Shown one piece after another: positions 27,142 to 36,606 of a stretch of 64,000 nucleotides of DNA (its first letter is position 1; each line of letters opens with the position of its first letter). The DNA is from a virus. A program made the position numbers and the translations under genes. The stretch lies in the IMG/VR virus record IMGVR_UViG_3300025133_000026; one strand, given 5' to 3'. The notes under the pieces are model-generated. The model worked only from the letters and a program-made list of their open reading frames with translations. It was not told where the DNA came from and did not search any database.

Positions 27142-29826
27142 CTATGAAATTGTTAACAAATGCAATTTGCTCGCGAAGGGATTCGCTATTGCAGTACCAG
27201 AACTTCCGGCCACTGGGTTTATTGTAACAAATGTTGCTCCATCTAAGCCGCTTGCAGCCACCAAGCTGTCATCTCCTAACCTCCAACCGTAAGGGACTTT
27301 TCCACTAGTTCCAAGATAAACTCCTTTCAGATAATCAGGAAGATCAGCCTGGAGTTGAATTGTATTAGAAAGTACAGTTCCTCCAGATAATGGATCTACA
27401 GCAGAGGCTTGAAAAGGAATGCTCCGCGGCGTACTTACCCAATAAGCTCCAAGATTTGTTTCAACATCAGATTTATTAGGTGTCGCCAAAGCATAATCAT
27501 ACGTTAAGGTTGTTGTTCCATTAGCAACTGTAATCGTTGTGGGATAGATAGGACGATAAGCACCAAGCTCAGAAGTTACAGGATTGATGGATGTTGTGTC
27601 ATATATATATAAAACTCTTTTCTTTCCATTTAGTCCAGAAGCACTCCATTCTGTCCAATCAGTTCTTAGAACACTGACAAAATCTATGTTACTTAGAGTC
27701 ATCCCAATATTGCGGTCAAGGTAAAGTGTTTTTCCAACCCAATAAAGAAGAGTTGCACTTTCTCTATCTCCATCTTTACCGTAAATTGTCACAGTGGCCC
27801 CATCTAGACTTCTATCACTATAGACTTTGTCAGGATCAACAGTAGTGTCATGTAAGAAAGTAGCTTCTATAGAACTTTTTGCTAAGCCTAAACTTACGGC
27901 AGTTGTGTATGTGGCTGTATCAATGTCGAGAAGAACACCAACGGTACCTCTCGATGGATCGTCTTTTGTTACTGCATAGATATAAACATCTTCTGGCTCA
28001 AGATCTGGATACTCTCCTTGGATTGTTAGAATGCGAGTATCTCCAGAGCCAATAGTTATATCTGTTACAAAGGTTCCCAAGAGGTCGAGGTTGGCTCCTA
28101 AGCTATAGCTGGCGGTAACTTGACCTTGGGCATTCGTGAAGCTTGTAAAAGCATTCTGGGCACCATTAAGAAGCCCTACGAATGGGTATATTGTTTCGTC
28201 AATAGTTGTTTCAATTTGAGAAACGATATCTCCGTTTCCATCATAAGCTGTAGCTGTTAGTAACGCATAATCAGCACCAATATAAAGTGGGCCATATGTG
28301 TTTCCAAAAACCTGTTTCTTGTCAGTTTCTAAAGTAAGACTAACAATAGAAGACGGGATTCTGGAGATATAGACTATTCCGCGCGGGTCAGGGTTACTTA
28401 CTGGTCGAAGGTCAACATCTTTTCCAAGAAGAGTTGTTGGTTCGTCAGCAAGACCATACTCAATTCTTGGCGTTGTCGAATATCCCATGTAGATAGCTTC
28501 GCTGCTTGTTGGGACTGCACCGGACCTCTGCCAGGTAATAGATACACCTTGAAGATGAGTAGCAGCTATTGTAGAGGCATGCCCTCGTTCACATTGTAAA
28601 AGTTGAGTTGTATTTCGTCCAACATAACGAACAAGTTCATCCCCTGTCTTAATGATTCCCTTCTTCGGCCAATGTTCAATGTCGCCAATAACATTAATCA
28701 TTGTGTCTGTGTCGGAAATAGTCAAGCCCAAGGCAATCTTGTCTTCGTACATTGCTGATCCAAAAGTCAAAGTTCCAAGATCAAAATCTATTGAATAGAC
28801 TTTGTCACTGGGCCCATGATTAGTTAAATCATTTGAGGTAGCCTGCAGCCAGAGAGTATCATCAACATAAACCAAATGGTTTGCCTGAGACCCAGAAAGA
28901 GTATCGTTGGGAGATACTGGGAAGTACTTTGTAAAGTACTTCTGTAAACTCCCTCCAGAGCTTGTTCCTAGCTTTTCTAACAATAATTCAGGACCATTTG
29001 TGAACTGGGCAAGATAGGAAGCATCTGTTCTTCCTACAGTAAAAGCAAAGTTTTGATTAAAGTAAAGGTTTTTGTTTTCTTGATCATAGAATAATTCATA
29101 CTTGTGAAAAGAATCTACCTTTGTATAATCGGGCAGTCCATCCGAAGTTAGAGTACTTTCTCTTCCAGAACTTGTTAGTGTTCCCGTAAACTCACTAACC
29201 AACTCTGCGATTCGATAAGGAAAGGCACTGAGATTATCTTCTCGCCTGTAGATTCCAGCAATAATTGGGCTTGAGGTCGATGGTTCAAACTCAAGAGTTA
29301 TTTTATCTGTAGTTACATCGAAGCCAGACACAAAGCCTACATAAAGAGAATGCATTACATGCTTATCTCCAAACAAGAAATAAGGCTGATGATGACTATA
29401 ATAGTAGCCTTCATCAATTCTTGGAAGCCAGGATTTTTTTCGTTCATCATCTTTCCAGAAACGAACTAGCTCAGAAACAGAACAGTCTTCCGTCTTCTCT
29501 CCAACACCAGAATGCCAGTGGGCTTCTTTTGTCCCATTATGTAGCTGGTGGGAGATATTTCCTACAGTTCCCGGAAGAAAAGTCTTTTTGTCTTCTAGGT
29601 CAACCCAGCGATTTATATCAAATTTAAATCCCTTGTATGGGTGATCGCTTTTCCACGGCATGTCTGCAATGTCATTGTAAGGGCCAACAATAGGTAGTTT
29701 CTCTGAAGTAACAAAGACATCTTGTCTTAAAGATAAACTTACAGTTCCAGAAGTGATAACTGCGCCACTTCCTCCTAAACCAGATGTAATGGGATTACCG
29801 CCTAATCCACTAGTAACAACAGACAT
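27142..29826 (-). CDS. Baseplate/fibre-associated protein with an Ig-like (Big_1-type) domain (894 aa)
   Basis: LLTATAYDGNGD...FTNAQGQVTASY; YSIDFDLGTLTFG; ELVRYVGRNTTQLLQCERG. Confidence 0.5.
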   Translation of the reverse strand: MSVVTSGLGGNPITSGLGGSGAVITSGTVSLSLRQDVFVTSEKLPIVGPYNDIADMPWKSDHPYKGFKFDINRWVDLEDKKTFLPGTVGNISHQLHNGTKEAHWHSGVGEKTEDCSVSELVRFWKDDERKKSWLPRIDEGYYYSHHQPYFLFGDKHVMHSLYVGFVSGFDVTTDKITLEFEPSTSSPIIAGIYRREDNLSAFPYRIAELVSEFTGTLTSSGRESTLTSDGLPDYTKVDSFHKYELFYDQENKNLYFNQNFAFTVGRTDASYLAQFTNGPELLLEKLGTSSGGSLQKYFTKYFPVSPNDTLSGSQANHLVYVDDTLWLQATSNDLTNHGPSDKVYSIDFDLGTLTFGSAMYEDKIALGLTISDTDTMINVIGDIEHWPKKGIIKTGDELVRYVGRNTTQLLQCERGHASTIAATHLQGVSITWQRSGAVPTSSEAIYMGYSTTPRIEYGLADEPTTLLGKDVDLRPVSNPDPRGIVYISRIPSSIVSLTLETDKKQVFGNTYGPLYIGADYALLTATAYDGNGDIVSQIETTIDETIYPFVGLLNGAQNAFTSFTNAQGQVTASYSLGANLDLLGTFVTDITIGSGDTRILTIQGEYPDLEPEDVYIYAVTKDDPSRGTVGVLLDIDTATYTTAVSLGLAKSSIEATFLHDTTVDPDKVYSDRSLDGATVTIYGKDGDRESATLLYWVGKTLYLDRNIGMTLSNIDFVSVLRTDWTEWSASGLNGKKRVLYIYDTTSINPVTSELGAYRPIYPTTITVANGTTTLTYDYALATPNKSDVETNLGAYWVSTPRSIPFQASAVDPLSGGTVLSNTIQLQADLPDYLKGVYLGTSGKVPYGWRLGDDSLVAASGLDGATFVTINPVAGSSGTAIANPFASKLHLLTIS

Positions 29827-29834
29827 CTAGCCCC

Positions 29835-30347
29835 TTATGTGGTAGGAACTCTAGAGTAAGGTTGTTGCGAAGTAGCTTCACCGTCCGCGTCGAATAAGTC
29901 GAACGTATTGGTTAGTAAACCACTAGAATCATAGAATTTCAATTGATTGTCAGCTATCTCCCATTTTCCAACAAGGACATCTACTGTTTGGTTCATCTTA
30001 GAAAGGGCTGTTACAACATTACTGGCCACTGTGTCCAGTGTTGCGGATATATTGTTTGTAAGCTCGTGAGCATTATCAAATTTTGTAATTTCACCATGAA
30101 TAAAACGTTCACTAGCCTCGGCAATACCCGCGCCGGCATCTATGGTAAAAACTACCTTTTCCACACCACTGTATTTTGCTGCGTCCCAATTTACAACAAA
30201 TTTATAATGACCATTACCTATTTCTGAAATAGTTTCAGGGGTGATTGCTGCACCGGACAAAACATTTCGAAAGGAGCCAAAGGTCGGGGTCAAGCCTGTC
30301 GCCACCGACCCAGAATCTGTGATTGTAAGAGAATAAGTTTCTGACAT
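29835..30347 (-). CDS. Small virion accessory protein (170 aa)
   Basis: EIGNGHYKF N-terminal beta region, short coiled coil, C-terminal GKWEIADNQLKFYD...FDLFD. Confidence 0.55.
   Translation of the reverse strand: MSETYSLTITDSGSVATGLTPTFGSFRNVLSGAAITPETISEIGNGHYKFVVNWDAAKYSGVEKVVFTIDAGAGIAEASERFIHGEITKFDNAHELTNNISATLDTVASNVVTALSKMNQTVDVLVGKWEIADNQLKFYDSSGLLTNTFDLFDADGEATSQQPYSRVPTT
30100..30114. repeat. 15-bp direct repeat, copy 1 (ATAAAACGTTCACTA)
   Basis: Identical to 31603-31617; both encode SERFI in frame on the minus strand. Confidence 0.8.
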
Positions 30348-30405
30348 TATGATTTCCTAACAACTTTTTAATTTGACTTGCAAGCACTCTGAGTCTATCA
30401 CTCAT

Positions 30406-31515
30406 CTACTCTAGTACGTCCCAGACTTTGACCCACAGCTTCTCGGCGTGCGCGATCTGGTCAGAGCGGTTGCCAGCCTTGCCGACAACTACTGCTGCCG
30501 TGCTAACGGCGAGATAGTTTGCGGTTGTGGCCGCCATGTTAAAGCCGAGAAGGGTATTGGTGTCCTTAGCGCTAGCCCACGAACCACCCGAGAATGCGGT
30601 CTGGTAGTCGGCTGCGTCCGTACTGTAGTAGACCTCGACCTGGTTCGGATTCAGCAGGCGAAGCCCCATCACGCGGGTCTTTGCCCCAGGTAGTGGTCCA
30701 CTGGAATCGTTCGACAGAGCGTTGTTTTGGAGCCTGGTGCACTCCACCTCTTCGACACCACCATTGTCGAAGCCCGCCTTGATCAGAAGGGCATCAGACC
30801 CCGCATCACCGGGCAGGGTGGTTGGGTCACAGATTCCAAACACCGCCTGCGCGAAGCCCAGGGTGAAGGTGTCGTTGGCGAGGAGCAGCTGGAGGTCCAC
30901 CACCTGCCGGCTGTCTACGTAGGCGGCAACGAGGTCGGAGATCAAGATGTGGATGTTCGGCCCACGGGAGGTGGTGGTGCTCTCCCAATGTCTGGTGCCG
31001 GTGTTAGTCATTTTCAAACCAGTGCCATTGATCACTTGGAAGTCGGACGTGTAGATCATGGCTTCGGCGGTCCACGTCTTGGAGTCGAGTGTGATGCTGC
31101 CGTCGCCAGCCGCATCGATGTCGAGGCTCGCCTCGGTTGTAAAGTCGAGCTCGTACTCGTTAGAACCCCAACTCGTTCCGCCTGCGCCAGCCCGAAGTGT
31201 TCGGCTGGTTTCTTGTGAATCAGAGTCTACTGTCACTGTACATCTAATTTCCCAAGACCCCAGGGCATCGGGAGTAAAGGTTGGCGTCTCAACATTTGCA
31301 TCGCTAAATTGAGTTGTACTGGCCGACCCATCGGTAGGATCGATACAAGACCAGGACCAGGCCGTCGCCGTGCCTCCTGTAACGGTTGGAGCAACTTGTA
31401 CTTCTGCCCCAAGCGCGGGCTGGGTTGCATCAGCAGCGAGCCCAACAGTCCATTGTGCACCACCACCGGATACAACACTTTTGAAGATTTTCCCTTTTTT
31501 ATGGAATCCTGACAT
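30406..31515 (-). CDS. Putative receptor-binding/decoration protein: PKD/Ig-like N-terminal domain plus GC-rich beta-sandwich C-terminal domain
   Basis: TAWSWS...PTFTPDALGSWEIRCTVT (PKD-like); C-terminal two-thirds encoded at about 60% GC. Confidence 0.55.
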   Translation of the reverse strand: MSGFHKKGKIFKSVVSGGGAQWTVGLAADATQPALGAEVQVAPTVTGGTATAWSWSCIDPTDGSASTTQFSDANVETPTFTPDALGSWEIRCTVTVDSDSQETSRTLRAGAGGTSWGSNEYELDFTTEASLDIDAAGDGSITLDSKTWTAEAMIYTSDFQVINGTGLKMTNTGTRHWESTTTSRGPNIHILISDLVAAYVDSRQVVDLQLLLANDTFTLGFAQAVFGICDPTTLPGDAGSDALLIKAGFDNGGVEEVECTRLQNNALSNDSSGPLPGAKTRVMGLRLLNPNQVEVYYSTDAADYQTAFSGGSWASAKDTNTLLGFNMAATTANYLAVSTAAVVVGKAGNRSDQIAHAEKLWVKVWDVLE

Positions 31516-31952
31516 TAGCGTAGTCCTTCGGCAATCACACGCCCTAGTTTCTTGTTTAAAGTAATTGTAGTCACTCCATCAGGTCGATCAAGACGTCCAG
31601 AGATAAAACGTTCACTATCTTCTGCGCCGGCGGCATCAAGGTAATGAACTGTCACAGTTTGGGCGCCGACTCCAGCTGCATTATCATTCGCATGTTCTGA
31701 AACTACTGACATCTGTTCCCCAGCATCGTCGGGAAAAGGAATACGAGTATGAGATGTTGGGGCGGGCGTTAAGTCATTACCACGCCACAAGTCTTCTCCT
31801 GTGATCGTTGTTCCTATGCTTTCTCGTTCCGCCATCGCCTCCATAATTCTACAGCCAGGAATTAGACTCATCTGAACTTTACGAATAAAATCAAAATCTT
31901 GCCTACCGTGCGCCCTGGAAGAACCACCTAAGACTACTGTTTTTACAGACAT
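31515..31952 (-). CDS. Short, probably chimeric or truncated virion accessory protein (145 aa)
   Basis: EDLW...MSVVS...GAQTVTVHYLD N-terminal part followed by a tail resembling the 170-aa protein. Confidence 0.5.
   Translation of the reverse strand: MSVKTVVLGGSSRAHGRQDFDFIRKVQMSLIPGCRIMEAMAERESIGTTITGEDLWRGNDLTPAPTSHTRIPFPDDAGEQMSVVSEHANDNAAGVGAQTVTVHYLDAAGAEDSERFISGRLDRPDGVTTITLNKKLGRVIAEGLR
31603..31617. repeat. 15-bp direct repeat, copy 2
   Basis: Identical to 30100-30114. Confidence 0.8.
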
Positions 31953-32852
31953 TTATTCACCCCAGGTTCTTTTGTGAACAGAAATAAGTTCATTAATGAT
32001 CTCAGCACCTTCTGCGGTTGGTAATTCACGAACTGTATTCCCATCATCATCCGTATGAGCTTCTAATAATATTTCCTGAACATCGGGATTGTAAACAGTT
32101 TGAATTGCAATCGGAGACCATTTTAAAAGCAATGGGAACCGATGATATGAAAAGCTCACAGTTCCTTCTATAGGATTATAAGTGTGTAGTTTTCCTTCTT
32201 CATAGTTTATCATATACTCCTCTGGTGCACTTGGGGTTGAAGAAACCTCTGTTCTTAATCCAGTTGCCTCTGAAAAGAGTACAGAACTGCCAAGATAATT
32301 TCCAACCTTAAGAACATCGTCAAAGTTATTAATCTTGGAAGCTCTTAGTGGATAACCGTAACTATAAATCTCTGAAGAGACCTGCTCTAATTGCAAGCTT
32401 TTGCTATAGTCAGCAACCCCACTGGATGTAATGGTCCAATTATCTAAAGCATTAATCAAGTCAAGAACCTGATAAACAAAATATCCGTCAGTTCTGTCTG
32501 TTAGGTCTATTTGAAGATCTATAGACTTGCTTTCAAAGTTAGAATAAAGAGTAAGGTATTTAGGAGTTATAGTAAGCCCTAGATTCGGATTAATGGGGAA
32601 GCCATCACTGTCTCTTAGAACATCGACTATAAGTCCGGTTGTCTGACCATCTAAACCCAGCTCTCTTGTAATTCCATTATAAAGCCCCCTGGAACTCCCA
32701 GAGGCTTTATTAATAAATGCGTCAAGGACTCTATCTTTATAAACAGGAAGGGTTTCGGAAGGAAGACGGTAAAGATTAAGTAGTTGACCAATTTGATCAA
32801 TCGTACTTGTAATCTTTTTCTTCTGTGGGGTTCCTGTAAACACTACACTCAT
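31953..32852 (-). CDS. Baseplate wedge subunit (gpI-like N-terminus)
   Basis: IDQIGQLLNLYRLPSETLPVYKDRVL resembles the LDxxGxxxxLxRxxxE-x4-YRxR wedge motif; downstream of baseplate J. Confidence 0.55.
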   Translation of the reverse strand: MSVVFTGTPQKKKITSTIDQIGQLLNLYRLPSETLPVYKDRVLDAFINKASGSSRGLYNGITRELGLDGQTTGLIVDVLRDSDGFPINPNLGLTITPKYLTLYSNFESKSIDLQIDLTDRTDGYFVYQVLDLINALDNWTITSSGVADYSKSLQLEQVSSEIYSYGYPLRASKINNFDDVLKVGNYLGSSVLFSEATGLRTEVSSTPSAPEEYMINYEEGKLHTYNPIEGTVSFSYHRFPLLLKWSPIAIQTVYNPDVQEILLEAHTDDDGNTVRELPTAEGAEIINELISVHKRTWGE

Positions 32853-34543
32853 GCTGTCACCGTTACAGAATCATACTCTTCTCTGAAATAAATAACCTTC
32901 TGTTCATAATCAATCAAAGAGTAATCATAAAACAAATTTACTTTATAAAGCTCATTATCTGTTGTCGCGACACAGAGCTTTTGGTCTGAATTAACTACAA
33001 GGCCTTTTGCAGACAAGCCAGCTGGCATCGATAGCTTTCTATCTATATTCTTAGATAATCTTGTTATCAAAAAAGTATCTGTTTCTGTTTCTTCATCATC
33101 AAAAACAGTTTCTAACTTAACCACTCCGAGCCAATTAGTAGAAGATGTCAAGGTAGTTGAATCAATGTCTACTCTTCGTTCATTCCACCCTGTGAGTTTA
33201 TTGGACTCAACCCAAGAAGATGTTGCAGAAAGTATATTTCCAGACCAGTCATGATATGTACGAGTTACTGTTCCGTTCTCGCGGTCATAAATCGTTACAC
33301 TTAATCTTGTTTTGGAGATAGGACGGACTGGCTTTACTCTACGAGTGGAAATCTCTATATTTAAAGAAACAGTAGGGAGGAGCCAGTTACTAGGAATATC
33401 TAGAATTAATTCACAATCAGGTGTTCGTTCTAACAAAGCTTTCTGGAGTGCAGTAATTCCAAGACTGTCTTCTTGTTTCTCTTGGAGCAAGCCCAGGGGC
33501 TTCGCAGAAAAGAATAGAAGATCGGAAGCAGTAGCGGCAACAATTATGTCTGAAAAGGGCAAACGCTCGATGTCAACGATTTCTTCTGTTAGGAAAGTTC
33601 CATCTGTATCCAATAAACCATATTCATATTCTGTAGAAAGTGACCCAAACCCCTGGCTCGCTAAAGCAGCACTTGCAATGTCAGAGATTTGAAACTTGAG
33701 ATATGGAAGATAACCACCCGAAACTGTCGTGTTGGTTACTTCATACCACAGTTGATGTTGTCCATCAATATCCATCCAAATCCATTCGTTTTCTGGAATA
33801 ACAGATCTATTCATCCCTTTGGTTACTTCTAGAAAAGTTGCATCGTCATAAATACCTCTGACCTCGATAGAGGCTAGCTCTTTCCATCTATTAATGCTTT
33901 TCTTTGTAGTGTTTCTGGTAAAGATTAAGTGTTCTTCTATTTCATCTACCTCTTTTATTGGTGTACCTGTAAGAACTACCTTTCCAATTTCGGCATCTCC
34001 AGACTCAAGTCTTGAACCAAAAAGCTCGCCGTTTGTTACTTCAACATAAACATGGCCTAAATCTTGTAACCCTGTGTCGTTAATTACAGCGTTATCTAAA
34101 CCAAGAAGACTTGTGCTCTCTAGTATTGTGTTTGAATAAGAGCTAGACAAAAGAGTAGTTGACAACCTGGTTGGAAATACATTCTTTTTACTAATGCTAT
34201 AGAACGAAAAAGCATTCGAAGGACTGATTGTTATAGACTCAGATCCCGACAATGCGACAATCGTAGGAGCAGTCCAGAGAGGCTTTCCAACTCTTTGTTC
34301 TGTTGAAGAAAATACAAAATCCTGACCAACACGAAGAATATAAGCAAAGGCTTGCTCATTTAAGTCTGTCTTTTCAATAAAGTAATTATTCCCAACTCTT
34401 AGTAACTCTTCAAGAATTTCGTCCATGAAGGACAAACCACTATTCATGAATACATGAGCAACAGAGTCTGCTCTCGCTCTTGCACGAGACCAACGTGGGA
34501 AATTGTTAAGTGCTCGTTGTGTAGTCCAGGAAAGGTTACTCAT
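32849..34543 (-). CDS. Baseplate wedge-associated protein (564 aa)
   Basis: Follows baseplate J; N-terminal FPRWSRAR...FMNS helical motif. Confidence 0.5.
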   Translation of the reverse strand: MSNLSWTTQRALNNFPRWSRARARADSVAHVFMNSGLSFMDEILEELLRVGNNYFIEKTDLNEQAFAYILRVGQDFVFSSTEQRVGKPLWTAPTIVALSGSESITISPSNAFSFYSISKKNVFPTRLSTTLLSSSYSNTILESTSLLGLDNAVINDTGLQDLGHVYVEVTNGELFGSRLESGDAEIGKVVLTGTPIKEVDEIEEHLIFTRNTTKKSINRWKELASIEVRGIYDDATFLEVTKGMNRSVIPENEWIWMDIDGQHQLWYEVTNTTVSGGYLPYLKFQISDIASAALASQGFGSLSTEYEYGLLDTDGTFLTEEIVDIERLPFSDIIVAATASDLLFFSAKPLGLLQEKQEDSLGITALQKALLERTPDCELILDIPSNWLLPTVSLNIEISTRRVKPVRPISKTRLSVTIYDRENGTVTRTYHDWSGNILSATSSWVESNKLTGWNERRVDIDSTTLTSSTNWLGVVKLETVFDDEETETDTFLITRLSKNIDRKLSMPAGLSAKGLVVNSDQKLCVATTDNELYKVNLFYDYSLIDYEQKVIYFREEYDSVTVTA

Positions 34544-35826
34544 TATTCAGTTACACTCAAGAAAGAGAATTGAAAGGGCTGTACAAGGCTAGTCTCTGCT
34601 ATTACAATCTCATGATCTTCTATCTTGTATCCATCAAAATCAACACCAAGGGAAGATGTAATCTTTGAGCGCCCAGCAAGTAGTTGCGTCTTTCTTCTTT
34701 GGTTTGCTGTGTCTGAAGCCCTGTAAACATAAAGTTCGTCAAAGAAATCTTTATTGGGTCTGGTTCCGAAAGAAACAATTCGACTATCAACTGCAAGCAT
34801 TCTTCGGACAAGCCCTTCGAGATCTAGTTCTTGACCAATGCCCTGGTCTGCAAAGAAATTATAAATAGAGACCAAGAGATCTTCTTCCATGTTTATTTTT
34901 TCATCTGCAGTCAAGGGTTCTGACGTATTTACTCTTGTAACAAAACTTAGTCCAACTTTAGGCGGGGCGTAAGCTGTAACGTATTCTCCAGCAGAACTTG
35001 TTCTATCTATTGCCGCTTGTGCTTGTGCAACCATAGATGTTGGGGTTTGATTATCTTGACCCGCAACAAAAACACCAACTGTGCCAATGCCATCGAAGTA
35101 CTTGTTGATAGAAAAGTCTATAACACCAGGGACAGACAAAAGAGAAAGTTGCAAGGCCAAGGCGTTAGACGCCTGTAAGGCTGTAGCTGCAATTGAAATT
35201 GCATATCTATAATCACTATCAGTTTGCCTGTCAATGCCATTGACAATAGCAAATCTATTGGTAACTAGAAGACTGCCCACGCCCGCATTTGTATAAGAAG
35301 TAAAGTTATGACTTACCAGAGTATTAGAACCTAGATTTTGTTCTTTGCCTTCAACAAGTGCCTCTACTCCGACATAACCAATCGTGCTAGCTGAGCTAAG
35401 AATTGTTGTTGAGATAACTTGATAAGAAACAGGCTCAGAAACAACACCACCTGTTCTGCTTTCAATAATAGTTCCAGCAACTATAGTGATATCATTCCCG
35501 TTATTAATGCTTCCAAAAGTGCCCCCGCCATCAACATAGAAAACAATGTTTTCTTCACTAACAAGCGATAGCGCCTTCTTCGCTTCCTTACGTCTCAAAC
35601 TAAAAAGTCTTCCAATTGAATCAAGATTACGACCTGTTGCAGATCCTAAAAAAGCCTGATTAAAATTAGACTGAAAGAACTGATAAGCAACAGAAAGCTC
35701 AGACCCTAAAGCGTCTGCAATTGCCCGAGCCTTGGATCCTTTTGGTAAAAAAGTTACTCCACTACCTCGTAAGTTTGAAATAAAAGAGCCAACGATATCG
35801 TCATTAGATCTAACTGGGAAAGCCAT
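34543..35826 (-). CDS. Baseplate J-like wedge protein
   Basis: FLGSATGRNLDSIG, VAGTII, VEALVEGKEQN, NGIDRQTDSDYRYAI, SVPGVID. Confidence 0.9.
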   Translation of the reverse strand: MAFPVRSNDDIVGSFISNLRGSGVTFLPKGSKARAIADALGSELSVAYQFFQSNFNQAFLGSATGRNLDSIGRLFSLRRKEAKKALSLVSEENIVFYVDGGGTFGSINNGNDITIVAGTIIESRTGGVVSEPVSYQVISTTILSSASTIGYVGVEALVEGKEQNLGSNTLVSHNFTSYTNAGVGSLLVTNRFAIVNGIDRQTDSDYRYAISIAATALQASNALALQLSLLSVPGVIDFSINKYFDGIGTVGVFVAGQDNQTPTSMVAQAQAAIDRTSSAGEYVTAYAPPKVGLSFVTRVNTSEPLTADEKINMEEDLLVSIYNFFADQGIGQELDLEGLVRRMLAVDSRIVSFGTRPNKDFFDELYVYRASDTANQRRKTQLLAGRSKITSSLGVDFDGYKIEDHEIVIAETSLVQPFQFSFLSVTE

Positions 35827-36269
35827 TAGATTACTCCTAAGATATTATTTTCTGAATATTCATAGTAGAATAGCTTCTTGAGGACATGAGAAGATTTATT
35901 GCTTACTGTTGGAAGCACAGCCAAGCTAATTTCAATCCCCAACGTATTAGGCCCAAGAGGAAATACATCAACAGATATATCGCTTGTGTTTATCCCAGAA
36001 TATGCCTGCAATGCAGAATAAATGCGGATCCTAATTTGTTCTCCTAGTTCCGAAGAGTTTCTTTCTCCTACAAAGTCTCCAAGGCTTGCTCCTATATATG
36101 GGGCATGCTTCCAATCACCCTTGTCAGACTTAACTCTGTCCACAATGGTTTGTGCAATAGAGTAGAGAGGATCGTTTTGAGTTGAGAGTATATCTCCATT
36201 CGGAGAAAGCGCAAAGTCGCCAGCAGTACTATCCCAGAATAAATCTATAGCATCATAATCTCTAGGCAT
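35826..36269 (-). CDS. Baseplate wedge/sheath initiator (gp25/GPW-like)
   Basis: GDFALSPNGDI...IVDRVKSDKGDWKHAPYIGASLGDFVGE...IRIRIYSAL, directly upstream of baseplate J. Confidence 0.8.
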   Translation of the reverse strand: MPRDYDAIDLFWDSTAGDFALSPNGDILSTQNDPLYSIAQTIVDRVKSDKGDWKHAPYIGASLGDFVGERNSSELGEQIRIRIYSALQAYSGINTSDISVDVFPLGPNTLGIEISLAVLPTVSNKSSHVLKKLFYYEYSENNILGVI

Positions 36270-36604
36270 TAAGTTATTAATCCTTTAAGTTCTATTACAG
36301 TAGAGATAAGGGGCTTTAAAGCCTCCAGAGGTAATGAAGGCTTTAGAACAGGGATGGGGGTTACAGGAGTTGATGGAATAAAAAGAAGGGGCCAGAAGTT
36401 AAAACTGGACAATCCTCCAATCTTAATATCATGACTCATCTGTTGGAACAAGACTTTGTCTCCTCCAACTGTAGTCCCTCCTGGAGCTACACTGACAAAG
36501 GAAGAAGGGTCTGAACTGTTTAATGCAGCCCAGTTTTCTCCAACTTCAACAGCAGCTTCTGTGTCAGATCTGACCTTATATGTTTTCTTTTGTTCATCAA
36601 ACAT
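36269..36604 (-). CDS. Hypothetical baseplate protein (possible spike part)
   Basis: Position between hub and gp25-like gene; short beta strands and a Pro-rich tail. Confidence 0.4.
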   Translation of the reverse strand: MFDEQKKTYKVRSDTEAAVEVGENWAALNSSDPSSFVSVAPGGTTVGGDKVLFQQMSHDIKIGGLSSFNFWPLLFIPSTPVTPIPVLKPSLPLEALKPLISTVIELKGLIT

Positions 36605-36606
36605 TT

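Noticed and set aside
30348-30405. Sigma-70 promoter in the 58-nt gap (TTGCAA as -35)
   Set aside because: No acceptable -10 hexamer at 16-18 nt spacing; only short palindromes that could be chance.
30448-31564. Cluster of plus-strand ORFs (up to 163 aa) over the 369-aa gene
   Set aside because: Expected antisense shadows in GC-rich coding DNA, where stop codons are rare; no SD or motifs.
25404-31952. Diversity-generating retroelement or invertible shufflon acting on fibre genes
   Set aside because: No reverse transcriptase, recombinase, long near-identical TR/VR pair or inverted crossover sites seen in this window; elements outside the window cannot be excluded.
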